Part shown: positions 51,517-64,000 of the stretch, piece after piece
Layout of the letters: each line of letters opens with the position of its first letter
Position numbering within the stretch: the first letter of the stretch is position 1
From: Podarcis gaigeae
Lineage: Eukaryota
Assembly: GCA_964106915.2 (NCBI GenBank)
Contig: OZ066925.1
Direction: 5' to 3' (one strand)
DNA length: 64,000 nucleotides
Made by a program: the position numbers and the translations under genes
Notes under the pieces: generated by a model
Told to the model about the DNA's origin: nothing
What the model saw: the letters and a program-made list of their open reading frames with translations, nothing else
Database searches by the model: none

Positions 51517-51568
<52 letters not shown>
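51465..51568 (+). repeat. L2-type tail with (TTA)n microsatellite
   Basis: gttagccgccctgagcc..gcgggatataaataaaa followed by (tta)n. Confidence 0.7.
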
Positions 51569-51822
51569 TTTTTACAAGTGCAATGTTTAGGTACGCTGGT
51601 TATTATTATACTGCCAAATATAATTCATCCTGCTTCACCCTCAGAAAGGGTGGGCCAGGCAGGACACTTAACAAAAAAATGTGTTAGTCTGGTATGTTGG
51701 AAAACTTGTATTTCAATCATTACAAAATGGCACAACATACAGGTAAACAAATACCTGCTCACCTCAAGTTCCCAGAACTCAAAAAGGGTAGGGAAGTACT
51801 AAAACAGCACCAGACAGCAATA

Positions 51823-52187
51823 AGGTAAAGGTAAAGGTACCCCTGCCCGTACGGGCCAGTCTTGACAGACTCTGGGGTTGTGCGCCCATCTCACTTAAGA
51901 GGCCAGGGGCCAGCGCTGTCCGGAGACACTTCCGGGTCACGTGGCCAGCGTGACATCGCTGCTCTGGCGAGCCAGAGCCGCACACGGAAACGCCGTTTAC
52001 CTTCCCGCTGGTAAGCGGTCCCTATTTATCTACTTGCACCCGGAGGTGCTTTCGAACTGCTAGGTTGGCAGGCGCTGGGACCGAGCAGCGGGAGCGCACC
52101 CCGCCGCAGGGATTCGAACCGCCGACCTTTTGATCGGCAAGTCCTAGGCGCTGAGGCTTTAACCCACAACGCCACCTGCGTCCCCTG
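51823..52187 (-). mobile_element. Sauria SINE (young), full length
   Basis: 14-bp TSD accagacagcaata (51809-51822 / 52188-52201), ACCTTT tail, B box. Confidence 0.95.
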
Positions 52188-52283
52188 ACCAGACAGCAAT
52201 ACCTAGTGGGAAAACCTCCCTTGAGCACCATCCAGAAGAAAAGAAAGCATACACAACAATTTAGGCTATGTTATGATCTATAA

Positions 52284-52421
52284 CAGCTTTTCTCAACCTG
52301 TGGGTCCCCAGATGTTGTTGAACCACAACTCCCATCACCCCTAGCTAGCAAGGCCAGAGCTCAGGGATGATGGGAGTTGTAGTCCAACAACATCTGGCGA
52401 CCCACAGGTTGAGAGCCGCTG
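52284..52421. mobile_element. hAT (URR1/MER5-like) palindromic MITE
   Basis: Long inverted arms ctcaacctgtgggtc.ccagatgttgttg / caacaacatctgg.gacccacaggttgag; 8-bp TSD atctataa/agctataa. Confidence 0.88.
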
Positions 52422-54696
52422 AGCTATAAGAACAGCTTTTCCTAAAATCACATGGTACCATATTCTCCAATCCTTAACAGAGACTTGCACAAAACAAAAT
52501 GCAATATGTTATCAAATGTCTATACAGGTGGCAACTATTTTAGGCTCATCCAATTGACGTGCAATCAATTGGACCCAGAAGAAGACAGAATGGGTGGAAT
52601 GGGGGCAGAGCACAATGGGGTGGAGTGCACTTATATACCCTCCGCTGACACCTGTGGGGGCCAGAAACAGAACCCCTGTGTGAAATGGTTGTTGCCTGCA
52701 TTACACTGCATGCACATTCTAATTTTCAGTGTCAAACATGGGGTGTTTTCTTTCTTCTTGTCATCATTTTCTTTTTTGTTATATTTGGGAGGGGGGAATA
52801 AAGAAGAGAAGAGAAAAGAAAGCACTCCTGTGTAGGCAAATGTGTACAAAAGCACACATAGAAAAACTAGGTCTCTGCAACCCATGAGCACTGACACAGT
52901 CCAGTGTATGCCCTGCCTTGGAGGCTATAGCAGGACAGAAGACCATTCCACTCCAGCATTTTGAGCCATTTGCATTGAAGAACTCTTCTTTGCAAAAACA
53001 CCTTAATTGTTCTTGTGGAACCTTTTATTAAATGGAACTCCTTCATCAACTCTCACCCTTTTTCACACTGATTTAACAGTTCAGAGTAGTGATGGCATTT
53101 ACCTCCCCAATTAAACTGGCACTTTCTATTTGTCTCCTGCTGTCAACCATTAGGTTTGATAAGAGCTGGAAGGAAATAGTTTGTGTCAACAGCACTGGCA
53201 ATTTTCTGTCTAAAGGTAAAGCTGTCCTTCAGTGGCTGTACTGGGGGCATATAGAAAAATATCAGTGACAGGTTTCTCCATTCAAGAAATGGCTAAGAGA
53301 AATTTCTTGAATGGCATGTGTGCAGGGTAAGACTGCAAACAAGAAAGCCCTATACTTTTAAGAGCCCGGATTCATCACTGCTGAGGTGGTGGGATATAGA
53401 CTGCACCCTCCCCTGTATTATTGCTAAGCAGTCAAACTTGTGTCAGCATTTGATTCTGAAGTACCAAGCTGAGAGGAATTGGGTGCTCAGCCTGCACCGC
53501 AGCACCAAGCTTGAGTCAATAGAGGAAACTCCAGGGAAACTTGTCACAGTAGAAATGAAATCTCTTTATACTCCTAAGCTAGAAGATGTCCTTGTAAAGC
53601 AAAAGTGGAGAACCCGTGGTTCTCTGGACGTGGTTGGCCTGGCCATTGACCATAGGAATTGGGAGTCCAACAATATCTGGAGGGCCACAACTTCTTTATC
53701 CCTTGCTGTAAATGCTTCAAAGTCAGTCTAGTTAAAGGTGTAAGTTTAATATGCACAAAATTCTATGTCTGAGTTCATTGTATTTAAAAATGCCATGCAG
53801 ATAGGTTTGCATTAGGTACAATAGGTTTACCTCTAGCAAAGGCATCAAAGAGAGGCTGGAGAAGGCTAGTTGATGACTCATCCCTGAAACCAAAGCAGAG
53901 ATCTCTCACAGCAGAAAATGACACCTGAGAACTCGGGGTTTCAGCCAGTCATCGGGTTCAGCCGCAGTAGGTGCTCAGCTCAAGATCTTGAACAAACAAG
54001 ATGCTTGCATGGGAATTCTCTCTCTGAGCAAAGAGAGGAAAGTTCTTGAACCATATTAAGGACAGAAAAGAAGACGGGACAGGATTGCCTCCTTGCTTAA
54101 GTTCAATGTGCTACAAATAAACATTACAAAATAGAAAGTAACTATTTTAAGACTGTTCTACAGTAAATCTTTGAAACTCATTCTTGTGAGGGAGAGCATT
54201 CATTTCTACTGTGCGTAAGGTCCAGATCAGGGATTCCGCTTGCACGCACTCTAACAAGTCTCTCTTCCTCTTCTGATGGTAGAGATGGTGGTGTCTGGTT
54301 TTCCCCGCCTCAAGCCGTGTGTGCTGAAAAGTTTCCCCACATTTTTTCCTGACCATTCTCCATCAATTAGTGAGAAAATAAACTGTATTTGAAAATTATC
54401 AAAGGGGAGGGAAATGATGATGACTTTTTTAGTGGTGGGGTGCAGGATTTTTGTTGCCTTTTCCTTATTTTAGGTCAGCCAAGGGGTATTTGTGAGTCTC
54501 ATTTCTTACGCCTACATTGTCTGACTGGAATATAAATTTGTGGATTTTTATCTATTCCTTAAAGAATTTTTAAAAATGGTCCCTCCCCTTTTCAGCTGCT
54601 TTTAACTTTGTCATGTATTTGTTTATGAATGGTATTTGATTGGTAACTGGTATTTGTATTTGTATTAAGTGTTGTCAGCCACTTTGTGAAGGCTTA

Positions 54697-55047
54697 AAGG
54701 TAAAGGGACCCCTGACCATTAGGTCCAGACGTGACCGACTCTGGGGTTGTGGTGCTCATCTCGCTTTACTGGCCAAGGGAGCCGACGTTTGTCTGCAGAC
54801 AGTTTTTCCGGGTCATGTGGCCAGCATGACTGAGCTGCTTCTGGCGAAACCAGAGCAGCGCACGGAAACGCCGTTTATCTTCCCGCCAGAGCAGTACCTA
54901 TTTATCTACTTGGACTTTGACTTTGATGTGCTTTCAAACTGCTAGGTTGGCAGGAGCAGGGACAGAGCAACGGGAGCTCACCCCATTGTGGGGATTCGAA
55001 CCGCCGACCTTCTGATCAGCAAGCCGAGGCTCAGTGGTTTAACCCAC
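54697..55047 (-). mobile_element. Sauria SINE (older subfamily), slightly 5'-truncated
   Basis: SINE body and tail; 6-bp TSD ggctta (54691-54696 / 55048-55053). Confidence 0.9.
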
Positions 55048-57095
55048 GGCTTAGGCAGCGAAAAGTGGGATATAATTATCCAGAGAGAGGGAAAATCTAT
55101 GACTCAGGGGAAGAGAGGAGAAATGGAGGAAAGAAAAGTGTTAAAATACTGTGGGGGATTTTCCTGTTGAGAATTTCCCAAGTGGATTCATTGACACTGA
55201 GGGAAGCAGCCTGAGGAGAACAGTGCTAAGAAGCTAAAAATTAGCAATAATGTTTTTGCTCACTACCTATTTTGAAATGGGAAGAAAGCTTTGTGTCAGT
55301 CCTGATAGCATAGGGATATGGCTGGATTTGATGGGCCTGCATCCTGGCAGGAGCAGTGTCATAAAGACGTCCCCTTAACTTTTAAAGCAAGCTTGAAACT
55401 ACTAGCTGTGACCGTTCCCACCTTCCTTCCGCATTCATAGCCAGGTCCAGCAGAGGGAGCTTTTAGCCATGTCTTTGCATCTGGCTGAGAAGGGGAAAGG
55501 GTGGGAGGCGGGTCCTGTATCCCTAGGGCTGGATCAGAAGGGAGATGGGAGTGTCTATAGTTGCCTGTAATGATTCATGCATTCACAGCATCTGCATATT
55601 GTGATGACTAACTTCCCTTTAAAATGGGTTTTAATTTATGGAAGCTAATGAGCTATAAATGTTTTACCTTCCCTCTCCAAAGAGTCAAATACACGGTATT
55701 TTTGAATCATTTTGATCACGAGAGCAATAACAACAAAGGACAATTTATTGCTTTCCCTCCCTCTTCATTTCCCCCTCCCAACCACCAGATCTCCCAGATC
55801 CCCCCCCCCTTGTAATCAGCTGCTATTGGCATTTCTCCAAGATAACACTTAGTGGAATGTATCATCCATCTGCCTCTCCTCCTTTGCCTGGCTAATTATA
55901 AAGTTTTTGCAGCTAGCTCTTTTTCCCTTTGTTTGGTTGCTGCTGGATTTTTACACCCTTCCACTGAAGCCAAACAGAGTTCAGTAAATGAGCCTGGGGT
56001 GGGGCAAATATATTTCCTAAAATAAACTGGACAGGGAGAGGGGAATCACTGGATTGGATGCTGCGAGACTCATCCTTGAATTTCTCATTGAATAAAACAA
56101 ACATCAGATTGAAGAACATTATTTATATCACTTGAGAATGTGTGCCGCAAATGAGCCATCTGTGGACTGCTTTACACACAGACAGAGTTCCGCGGGATTA
56201 GATGCTCATGCACAAGATACAATGCACATTTAATCAGTTGTGGAGTAAGCATGCAGGGATGTTCTCATTTAGATTCACAGATATGTATTTTCACTTGGCC
56301 AAACGATGACATTCCACTTATCAATTCATCCATTGTTAGCGCAGATTCAAAATTCCCACAATGGCAGGATAATCAGTATCATTTCACATCCTTGTTGCAT
56401 ATTACATAGATGAATTGTTTAATTGTACATCATTCCTATTGAAAAATAGACCTTGTTCATAATTTTTCTTTCAGTACAACTTGTTGCATAATTACTTGAC
56501 ACTCAACAAGTTGCACAGTAAACTGTTTGCAAACCTCTTGTTGCTCATAACACATCCACTCTCACAAGGTAAATTGACTTTGGGAACAGATATGCAGATA
56601 TTTGCATGTATGCTCTCTTTAAAATGCAAGGTACATTTTACAAGTGGAATTTTACAAGTACATTTCTACAAGTGGAAATTATTGTTGCAAATTTGTTGTT
56701 GTTAAAGGGGGGAAATGCATGTTTTCATCTGCCCTTCAGAATGTACAGTAAGGTACATTCAAATAAGAAGGAAAGTAAGCCCCTTACTGGCAGTCCCTCG
56801 CACTCCCCCCCCCCAGGGTTGGGGGTCCATCCAGAGCAGGGGGAATAGATTGCAGTCACCACTGGCCATCACCCATAGTTTATCACTTTGGAACTTTACA
56901 CCCTTCTATTGTCACTTTCAAAAATATTATAATACAATCTTTTAGTGTTACACTTTTGGTACTTCCATAGTACTTGAATTGTTTTAAAATTTGGTATTAA
57001 GTCTCAGATTTCTGTTGACCAATATTCCAAGAGACTTTATCACTGGAAGCAGGGAGATGTTCAGTGCTCAGAAAGCTGGAAGTGAGTCAGCTGTC

Positions 57096-57267
57096 CATAG
57101 GAGCCAACTCCTTGGGGCTGAGGTCCCTGCAGCTCCCCCACTAAAATATTTGAGGGGGCTGGGTACCCCCAAAGTTGATGGGCATTGCCATTCAAGTGGT
57201 GTGGGGGGTGCGATTATGTGAGGTGGGGCTTACCTGCTCCAATATTTTATTCAAGTTGGCACCCCTG
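57096..57267. mobile_element. hAT-like MITE
   Basis: TIR-like cataggagccaact / agttggcacccctg; TSD cagctgtc/aggctgtc. Confidence 0.7.
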
Positions 57268-57519
57268 AGGCTGTCTCTGGAAGGACAGCCTCTCCTGGGA
57301 TTTCATCCTACTGTTCTGCTCCATCTAAGCTGTCTGCTGTCCCCGTTGTTGGTGTCACTTGGTTGGTGTCACACACACACACACCCTGTGAAAACCTCCC
57401 TATACACACACCACAGTATAGTTATACTGTGGTTAACATAAAGTATTTTGGAAAGGATCCTTTAAAAAATGTAACAAGTCTTTCTTGTTTCTCATTTTCC
57501 ATTACCAGTGTGTTTGTCA

Positions 57520-57531
57520 TATATATATCTA

Positions 57532-57570
<39 letters not shown>

Positions 57571-57572
57571 AT
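57520..57572. repeat. (TATC)n microsatellite
   Basis: Direct observation. Confidence 0.95.
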
Positions 57573-58701
57573 CCATCCCTGTGGCTCTAACAAATGATGA
57601 TAGGTTGCTGACATTAAAATGATTGGCAGCTGTCATATATTATGAGACGTTTGTTAAGAAGAGACAAATTATAGCAAGGATGGATGGGACTTTATGGGGT
57701 TTTAAAACATTTTATGGATGTTCTTAATAGGCTCTTCCCCTCCCCAAGACCAGCCTTCTATATTTCCACACCAGCTGAATATGTAAGAGCCCTTCAGCCT
57801 GATAAGCCAACTAAGCTGCTGTACTTGAATGCAGTCCAATTTAGTTCTATTTTAGTGGTATATTATTACCATTAATTCCACTTGTACTAAAGGTCAGCTC
57901 CTGTCACTTTATTACCAATAGTGGGCCACTTAAAAACAAAAACAAAAAAACCTTCTAATTCAGATTACGGTTCTCCTAGGGATGTTTTCAGAATGCTATT
58001 TTTGCAAATTTCTGTACAAATCGACCTGATCTGGAGCCCCTGGCCCAGTGTGTGCATCAGAACTGATTCACTCAATCTGTTTTACATTTCCTTGGTCTTC
58101 TCTTCTTTGCTCAAATATCAAAGTGCATTTAGAAATGCACATTTTGAAAAATAAAACATAGCCCTAAATTTTCCTGCATTTTGTTCATTACACAAATCAC
58201 AGTAATCAAAATCAGTTAAGACTTGGACTTGGAGTTACAGCTGCCACCATATTTAAGCTAATATAGCATTTCAGTGTTAAATTGAGAGAATCATTTGACA
58301 GGTTTTGAAGGAAGCAGAATTAGTTTTGCTTGATCAATAAATTTCTCAAAGGGGTTGTTCCTGGCACCCTAGTCAGAAACACCTTCTCACTGAGGTTGCC
58401 ATCCCAGCTTCATCCAGAACCCTAATTTGAGTTATGAGGCCTTGCATGACTTCTACTTTTGTAAATCAGTTCCATTGTAATATTTGTGATCTATTTCACA
58501 ATCATGGCTTATTAATGTGACTGGAGAACAGTATGACCGATATGCACATCCTATATGCATGTGAATGTCTTGTGCAATGTATGTCCTCCTTAGAGTTGTG
58601 GGGGAAAGCATGAATACTGCAAGAAGCTCATTAATCAAACAGATGTAGTTTCAGTAATTATGAAATCTTCTCATTAAGCAGCAGCAGCAAGTCATTAAAA
58701 C

Positions 58702-58736
58702 ATCTTCTCCAGCCTTTTGGCTAAGATCAAGTGCAG
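58702..58736 (+). pseudogene. 3'-truncated U2 snRNA retrocopy
   Basis: atcttctccagccttttggctaagatcaagtgcag versus the U2 5' end ATCGCTTCTCGGCCTTTTGGCTAAGATCAAGTGTAG, sharing the exact core GCCTTTTGGCTAAGATCAAGTG. Confidence 0.85.
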
Positions 58737-59253
58737 AATATCTCCTCATTAGGATAATGGAGTTCAATAAAATGATATTCCATCATTCTCCATAAGGGAG
58801 CAAAGTGGAACTTTTTGGTTAACTGCAATCACTTAGTGATTCGTTTTATCTTCCTCAGATCATGTTCATTCATCTATAAGACAAGATTAATTCTTCACAC
58901 AGTCAGGCTACACTCCTGAAAAAAATGCTTGGTCATAAAAGTTAACTTTGTAAAAGAAATTAAGGGCATTTTAATGAAATTAATATGGAAAAGAAATGAA
59001 TGGGTGTTTTCCATTTCTATCTCTCTACTTCCATTATTTGTTTGCCTCTTAATTTCAGGTTGAAAAAGGAATGGTCACAGGAATAGGGTTTCTCAAGAGC
59101 AGTTGAGAATCTTGGCTGAAGCAATGTTGCAGCTCTCAGACTGGAGCCATTGTTGCTCCTCCTCTTTCTTGTAAGAGCCCCATTCTGAAAGCTGCTCTTT
59201 CCTATCTGCCAAGTCCATATGTTAGACTGCAATAGTAAATGTTTACTTTTATA

Positions 59254-59612
59254 AAGGTAAAGGTACCCCTGCCCGTACGGGCCAGTCTTGACAGACTCTG
59301 GGGTTGTGCACCCATCTCACTCAAGAGGCCAGGGGCCAGCGCTGTCCGGAGACACTTCCGGGTCACGTGGCCAGCGTGACAAAGCTGCATCTGGCGAGCC
59401 AGAGCCGCACACGGAAACGCCGTTTACCTTCCCGCTGGTAAGCGGTCCCTATTTATCTACTTGCACCCGGAGGTGCTTTCGAACTGCTAGGTTGGCAGGC
59501 GCTGGGACCGAGCAGCGGGAGCGCACCCCGCCGCAGGGATTCGAACCGCCGACCTTTTGATCGGCAAGTCCTAGGCACTGAGGCTTTAACCCACAGCGTC
59601 ACCTGCGTCCCT
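59254..59612 (-). mobile_element. Sauria SINE (young), full length
   Basis: 14-bp TSD tgtttacttttata (59240-59253 / 59613-59626). Confidence 0.95.
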
Positions 59613-60118
59613 TGTTTACTTTTATACTTGCATGTAAATACCCTTTTTTGTTTAGCTTTGGGCGGAAGCCAAGACCATGTTATGATGGGCTAGAAAATGA
59701 CAAGCAACCCCAGGATGGACTTCTTCCAATTGCCCCACTTGGGATATTACCATAGGCCTCTTAGTGCAGCCTTTGAAGGCACCACCTCAAATATACATTC
59801 CTATTCCCTTACATTGGTAGTCCATTTCATTAAGATCTGTCTTAGAATGGTGCATAGCCATTTAGTTCTGTTTCTATCAGCCAAGATCCTTTTTGCTTGT
59901 AAGATTTGCTGTTTTTGGCATGCTGTTTTCCATGGTTGACATGTTCAACAGGTGCTAATTATAAGTTTCTATGCAAAATCATCATAATTTACTTCTTCAT
60001 TCATTTTCACATCCATTGACATATACCACAACGGTCTCAAGGCAACTTACAGCAATTTTGAAGAAGGAAAATATATATAAAAATACAATAAAATGTCATA
60101 ACTAATAATTTCAATACA

Positions 60119-60319
60119 GTTACAGATAGGTAGCCGTGTTGGTCTGCCATAGTCAAAACAAAAAAATTCCTTCCAGTAGTACCTTAAAGACCAACTAAGT
60201 TAGTTCTTGGTATGAGCTTTCGTGTGCATGAAGAATCTGAAGAAGTGTGCATGCACACGAAAGCTCATACCAAGAACTAACTTAGTTGGTCTTTAAGGTG
60301 CTACTGGAAGGAATTTTTT
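60119..60319 (-). mobile_element. Palindromic Penelope-like insertion with one intact hammerhead core (+ strand, 60237-60270)
   Basis: Same family as 44056-44291 in the opposite orientation; inverted arms; 13-bp TSD taatttcaataca (60106-60118 / 60320-60332). Confidence 0.85.
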
Positions 60320-60419
60320 TAATTTCAATACAATTACCACTGAATTTTGCATAAAATATAAATTTGCCTAAAACAACTTTTCTGTCTGGATTTTCACTTT
60401 TTGAAATATGGCAACACCA

Positions 60420-60640
60420 CCAGATGACAAGACTCCCCTCTCAGCCTCCCTGATGGGGTCCAAAGGAAAGCAGAGCAGGTTGTTTGGCCCCAGCTTGGCT
60501 GCAGGAGTTGCCAGAAGGAGGCAGACAAGATGCCACCCAACCACCTTAGGAACTCCACTCTGGATTAGGGAAGGGTTTAGGTCCAGAGTTTTCCTGCTAG
60601 ATTTGCTACCTTCCAGGGTTCATGGCTCCCACCTGCCCCT
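60420..60640 (-). mobile_element. Bipartite RTE-like element, internal remnant
   Basis: ccaaaggaaagcagagca..ccagcttggctgcaggagttgcc shared with 25985-26045 and 6530-6580. Confidence 0.65.
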
Positions 60641-63600
60641 TTCCTTCTTATTGCATACTCATTCCATCTCCCCAGGGTTTCCTGGGAATTATAGTTTTAT
60701 GTCGGGGACTAGGGATCTCTAATCAGAAATTCTTAGAAGACCCACGAAACCATAGTTCCCAGGAGTCTTTGAGAAAAGCCATGACAGTTAAACTGGCATA
60801 AGAACAATATAATTTCTACTGGATCTATGCCAATGTTGAGTGTATGTATATGCTGCAAAAACTAAGGTAACATTTACTTTCACTACTCAAGTAGAGCTTT
60901 AAAAAACTCTCTCACAAAAAGCATTTCCTATTTAAATTTCATTGTGAAGTTCAAATCCTGAAAGAAACCAGACAACCTTTCCTCCGACCCCAGCAAGGTA
61001 GGCATTTCACTTAGCTATTCAGTTTGTATTCCTTCCAGGATGACATTTCCTGCCAATAACAACCAAGATATGAGGACGGGGGCCATCAGTATTTTCAACG
61101 AAAATAAAATAAAAATCAGACTTAGCTTTATATCTACCACTGATATTTATGTTAGTACACAAACACACACACAAACACACAAATTTAGCATAGCAAATCT
61201 AGAAATGAAACGGCCCAATAAGAGCTGAATGAGCCGCTGTCTGATTTTGCAAAACCTTCTAAAAATTAATTTAGGGGATTTACCCACCATTAGGTTCGAA
61301 ATTCAATTCATTGTTTGACCTTTCAGCATAAAGAATCTGCTACGCCTCTTTAACAGCCAGCACATATTTGCAGCCAGCATGCTTGAATAGTGGTCAGCCT
61401 GCTGATCTTTTGTATAAGATTGCTCATGCACCATATACAGCTTTGGTTACAAAGCTTGAAGCTCGTATTTGGACATTTTAATACCCTGAAGGAGAAAGAC
61501 TCAGCCACATGGATTTTGCACTGTTCGGGAAATACAGTGCTGTGATTTATTTAATGGAGAAACTCTGTTTGTCACCAGCTTTCAATCTGCCTTGGCTTCT
61601 TTATTATAAAGTATCAAATGAAATGAGGCAGCTCAGCAGTCAGATGAGTGACATTCAGCAGCATGTACAGGCACAATATCACCCATGACATAGAAATCTG
61701 TGTTAATTTGGAACAGATCTAAACACTTTTTCATATACATTTTATAATTAATCTGTGGAATTTATTGCCACAAAATGCACTGGAGATTGCTAACGTAAAT
61801 AACTTTTAAAAGGAAAAGAAAAAGAAGTGAGGGAAATGCCCCCAACTACCAGATCATAAGTTTCAGCAGTAAGAGATAAGCAAGAATCCACTTTGCTTCT
61901 GCTTCTCATGGAAACTTCTGAGGGGCCACATTTGGCTTACTAGAATTCAGAGCAATTGTGGAGGACTTTCTGTGCTGCAACTACAGATGCTGAGGAGAGA
62001 GGTGTCAATGCACTATGTCTTCCTCTGGTGCGACATCGTGGTGAATTCTGAGTGCACAGGATGTTTGTTAATTTTCTATACAATTTGTGTCTTGTATTAT
62101 TTTACTTTTTATTTCACATGTTGTGGTGGTAAAAGTGCCATGATCCCAAAGAATACTGATTCACATCCACAACAGTCACATCTACATCACCTGTTCATTC
62201 AGCACTTGACAGCTGAATGTGTGGACAGATCTATCTGGGTTCATTTACACATACAAGTAATAATTTACTCTAGAAATCTTCAAAACATCGTGAAGGGGAA
62301 TAGTACTGACAGCAGGAAATCCTATGATGCCACCTTAAAAACAAGCCAAAATATGACACCAAAAGGGCATAGCAGATATAACTGGAAGAGAAATGAGAAA
62401 TAAAAGTTTTCTTCTAACGTGCATGGGCACAGGGATGAAAGATTGCCCACCTCTTGTAAACTCATTAGGATTCATTCTTAAATTAGATTTGCTTGCTAAA
62501 ATTTCAGTGTTTTATGAACACATTTCTTTATGTTCAGAAATGTGCACAGTACTCTTTGATAAAGCTACCTCCATTTTATGTAATTCCAGCTGTTTGGCTG
62601 TTTGGCTAACTTCCTTCTTCTTGTTATTCTTCTTCAGTATATCTGCCACTGGTGCTTTGATAGCTCCCTGGTATGACTTCAGGATTTGTAATGTGCCATC
62701 TTAACATAGCTGTGTCTTGGTGCAACTATTCTATGAGTTTCTACTGCCTGTTTTCCGTGTAAGAAATGCTAAACATTTGAAGTGGCCCTATTTGTCCTTT
62801 ACTGGCAGACGTTTAATAAACATATTTCTTTCAGCCACCAAGGCTCCCTGGACAAAGGCTGGAATGAATGCTCAGGAAGGAAGGCATACAGTATTTCACT
62901 GATGTTTATAGTGTAGAAATTGCACAAGGCTACAGAATCTCTGTGCAAGTGCAATTAGAGTTGAGGGCACTGCCGGGAAGGTCCATTAATGTATCCACCC
63001 AAAGGACCCCCAGTTACGTCCTAGTCAGTATATGTTGTCTACCTTGTATGTGCCCTTCAGCCTCCTCCTTCTGCTAGGCTAGAGAAAGGAAACAGTCCTC
63101 TTGCTTCTACTGCTGCCTTTTGCACCATTCATGTGGACTTCAGAAGCTCTGCCACCACCTTGGTCAACTGACGTAGGAAAATGAAGAAAGTCAATCACAA
63201 TCAATAGTTAAAGGAAAACAACTTGCCTTGCCTCGATGAGTTCAGCAGAGAGAACTGTTTTGATTGAGATGATCAGTTAGCACCAGAATACATGGCTGGT
63301 TTTGATTATGAATACCTTTCTAGGAGAGGAGGACTCAAACTTTTGGGCAGAAGCAGTCACTGGGCCCACAGAAAAGAGAGGAAGGGGAGCGGGTGCTGCT
63401 ATCAGGAGGCAGAACCCCCCACCTTGGTTGGCTTAGAGGCCAAATTCCTTTGCAAATTCCTATAAATTAAACTCACCTGATCTGCACCTTCTAGACTAAG
63501 GTGTGGATTCTATAGTTATCTATTAGATTTCCCACGTCTCAGATGTTCCCCAGTCCTTAGCCTGTGTGTGTGTTTAGAAAAAAATATGAGAGAATATATA

Positions 63601-64000
63601 TAATATGTTTAGAAAAATATGAGAGAAAATATGTTGAAAATACTTCACATTTTAATTTTTTAAAAAAATAATAATCTCATATTAATATGTAAATGAGATC
63701 TGTAAGCATTCAGAAAAGGTTCTCTCCTGCTCTTACCAGATGAAAGGATGCCAAGCAACCATTGTTTTATTGATCTGATCTCCAAAGGTGTCCTCTGTCA
63801 GGTGACCATCAGCCTCCAGATTTTGACAGGCTGTTAGATCTAAATCCCCAACTCATCAGATTCCATCCTTCCTCTATTCTTTTGTTGTTGTTGTTGTTGT
63901 TTAAAAAAACTTAATTTTTAAGTTTCTAAAAATACTTATGAGAAACAATCCTCCTATGCCCCTCACTCCAAGAAATATCCCATGCAATCAATTCATGGAA

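Noticed and set aside
33220-51687. Poly-Tyr/Ile/Leu/Thr ORFs
   Set aside because: These are translations of trinucleotide microsatellites at L2 tails.
1-64000. Endogenous non-retroviral virus, prokaryotic operon or CRISPR array
   Set aside because: No ORF with recognisable viral or bacterial motifs; all long ORFs with identifiable motifs are explained by LINEs.

Overview
Eukaryotic, gene-poor (intronic or intergenic) DNA from a squamate reptile. Sauria SINEs, BovB, CR1, L2 and hAT/Tc1-mariner MITEs suggest a lacertid-type lizard (inference). I found no convincing host protein-coding exon; every long ORF I can assign belongs to a retroelement. The window holds a near full-length, lightly decayed BovB LINE (9.05-12.06 kb), fragments of CR1, L2, RTE and RTE-X, five Sauria SINEs, LTR-like solo elements, many MITEs and microsatellites. 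These are interspersed with repeat-free, homeobox-motif-rich blocks that look like conserved non-coding elements. The most notable items are: (i) two short palindromic Penelope-derived insertions carrying minimal hammerhead ribozymes, plus a separate degenerate hammerhead; (ii) a young Sauria SINE with a 126-bp CpG-rich 5' extension inside its target-site duplication (TSD); (iii) a complete but non-coding 1.7-kb L1-type element with a perfect 18-bp TSD; (iv) an RTE fragment flanked by a ~60-70-bp duplication; (v) bipartite non-autonomous RTE elements; (vi) a 3'-truncated U2 snRNA retrocopy. Family names come from recall of motifs, not database searches. Boundaries of old repeats are approximate.
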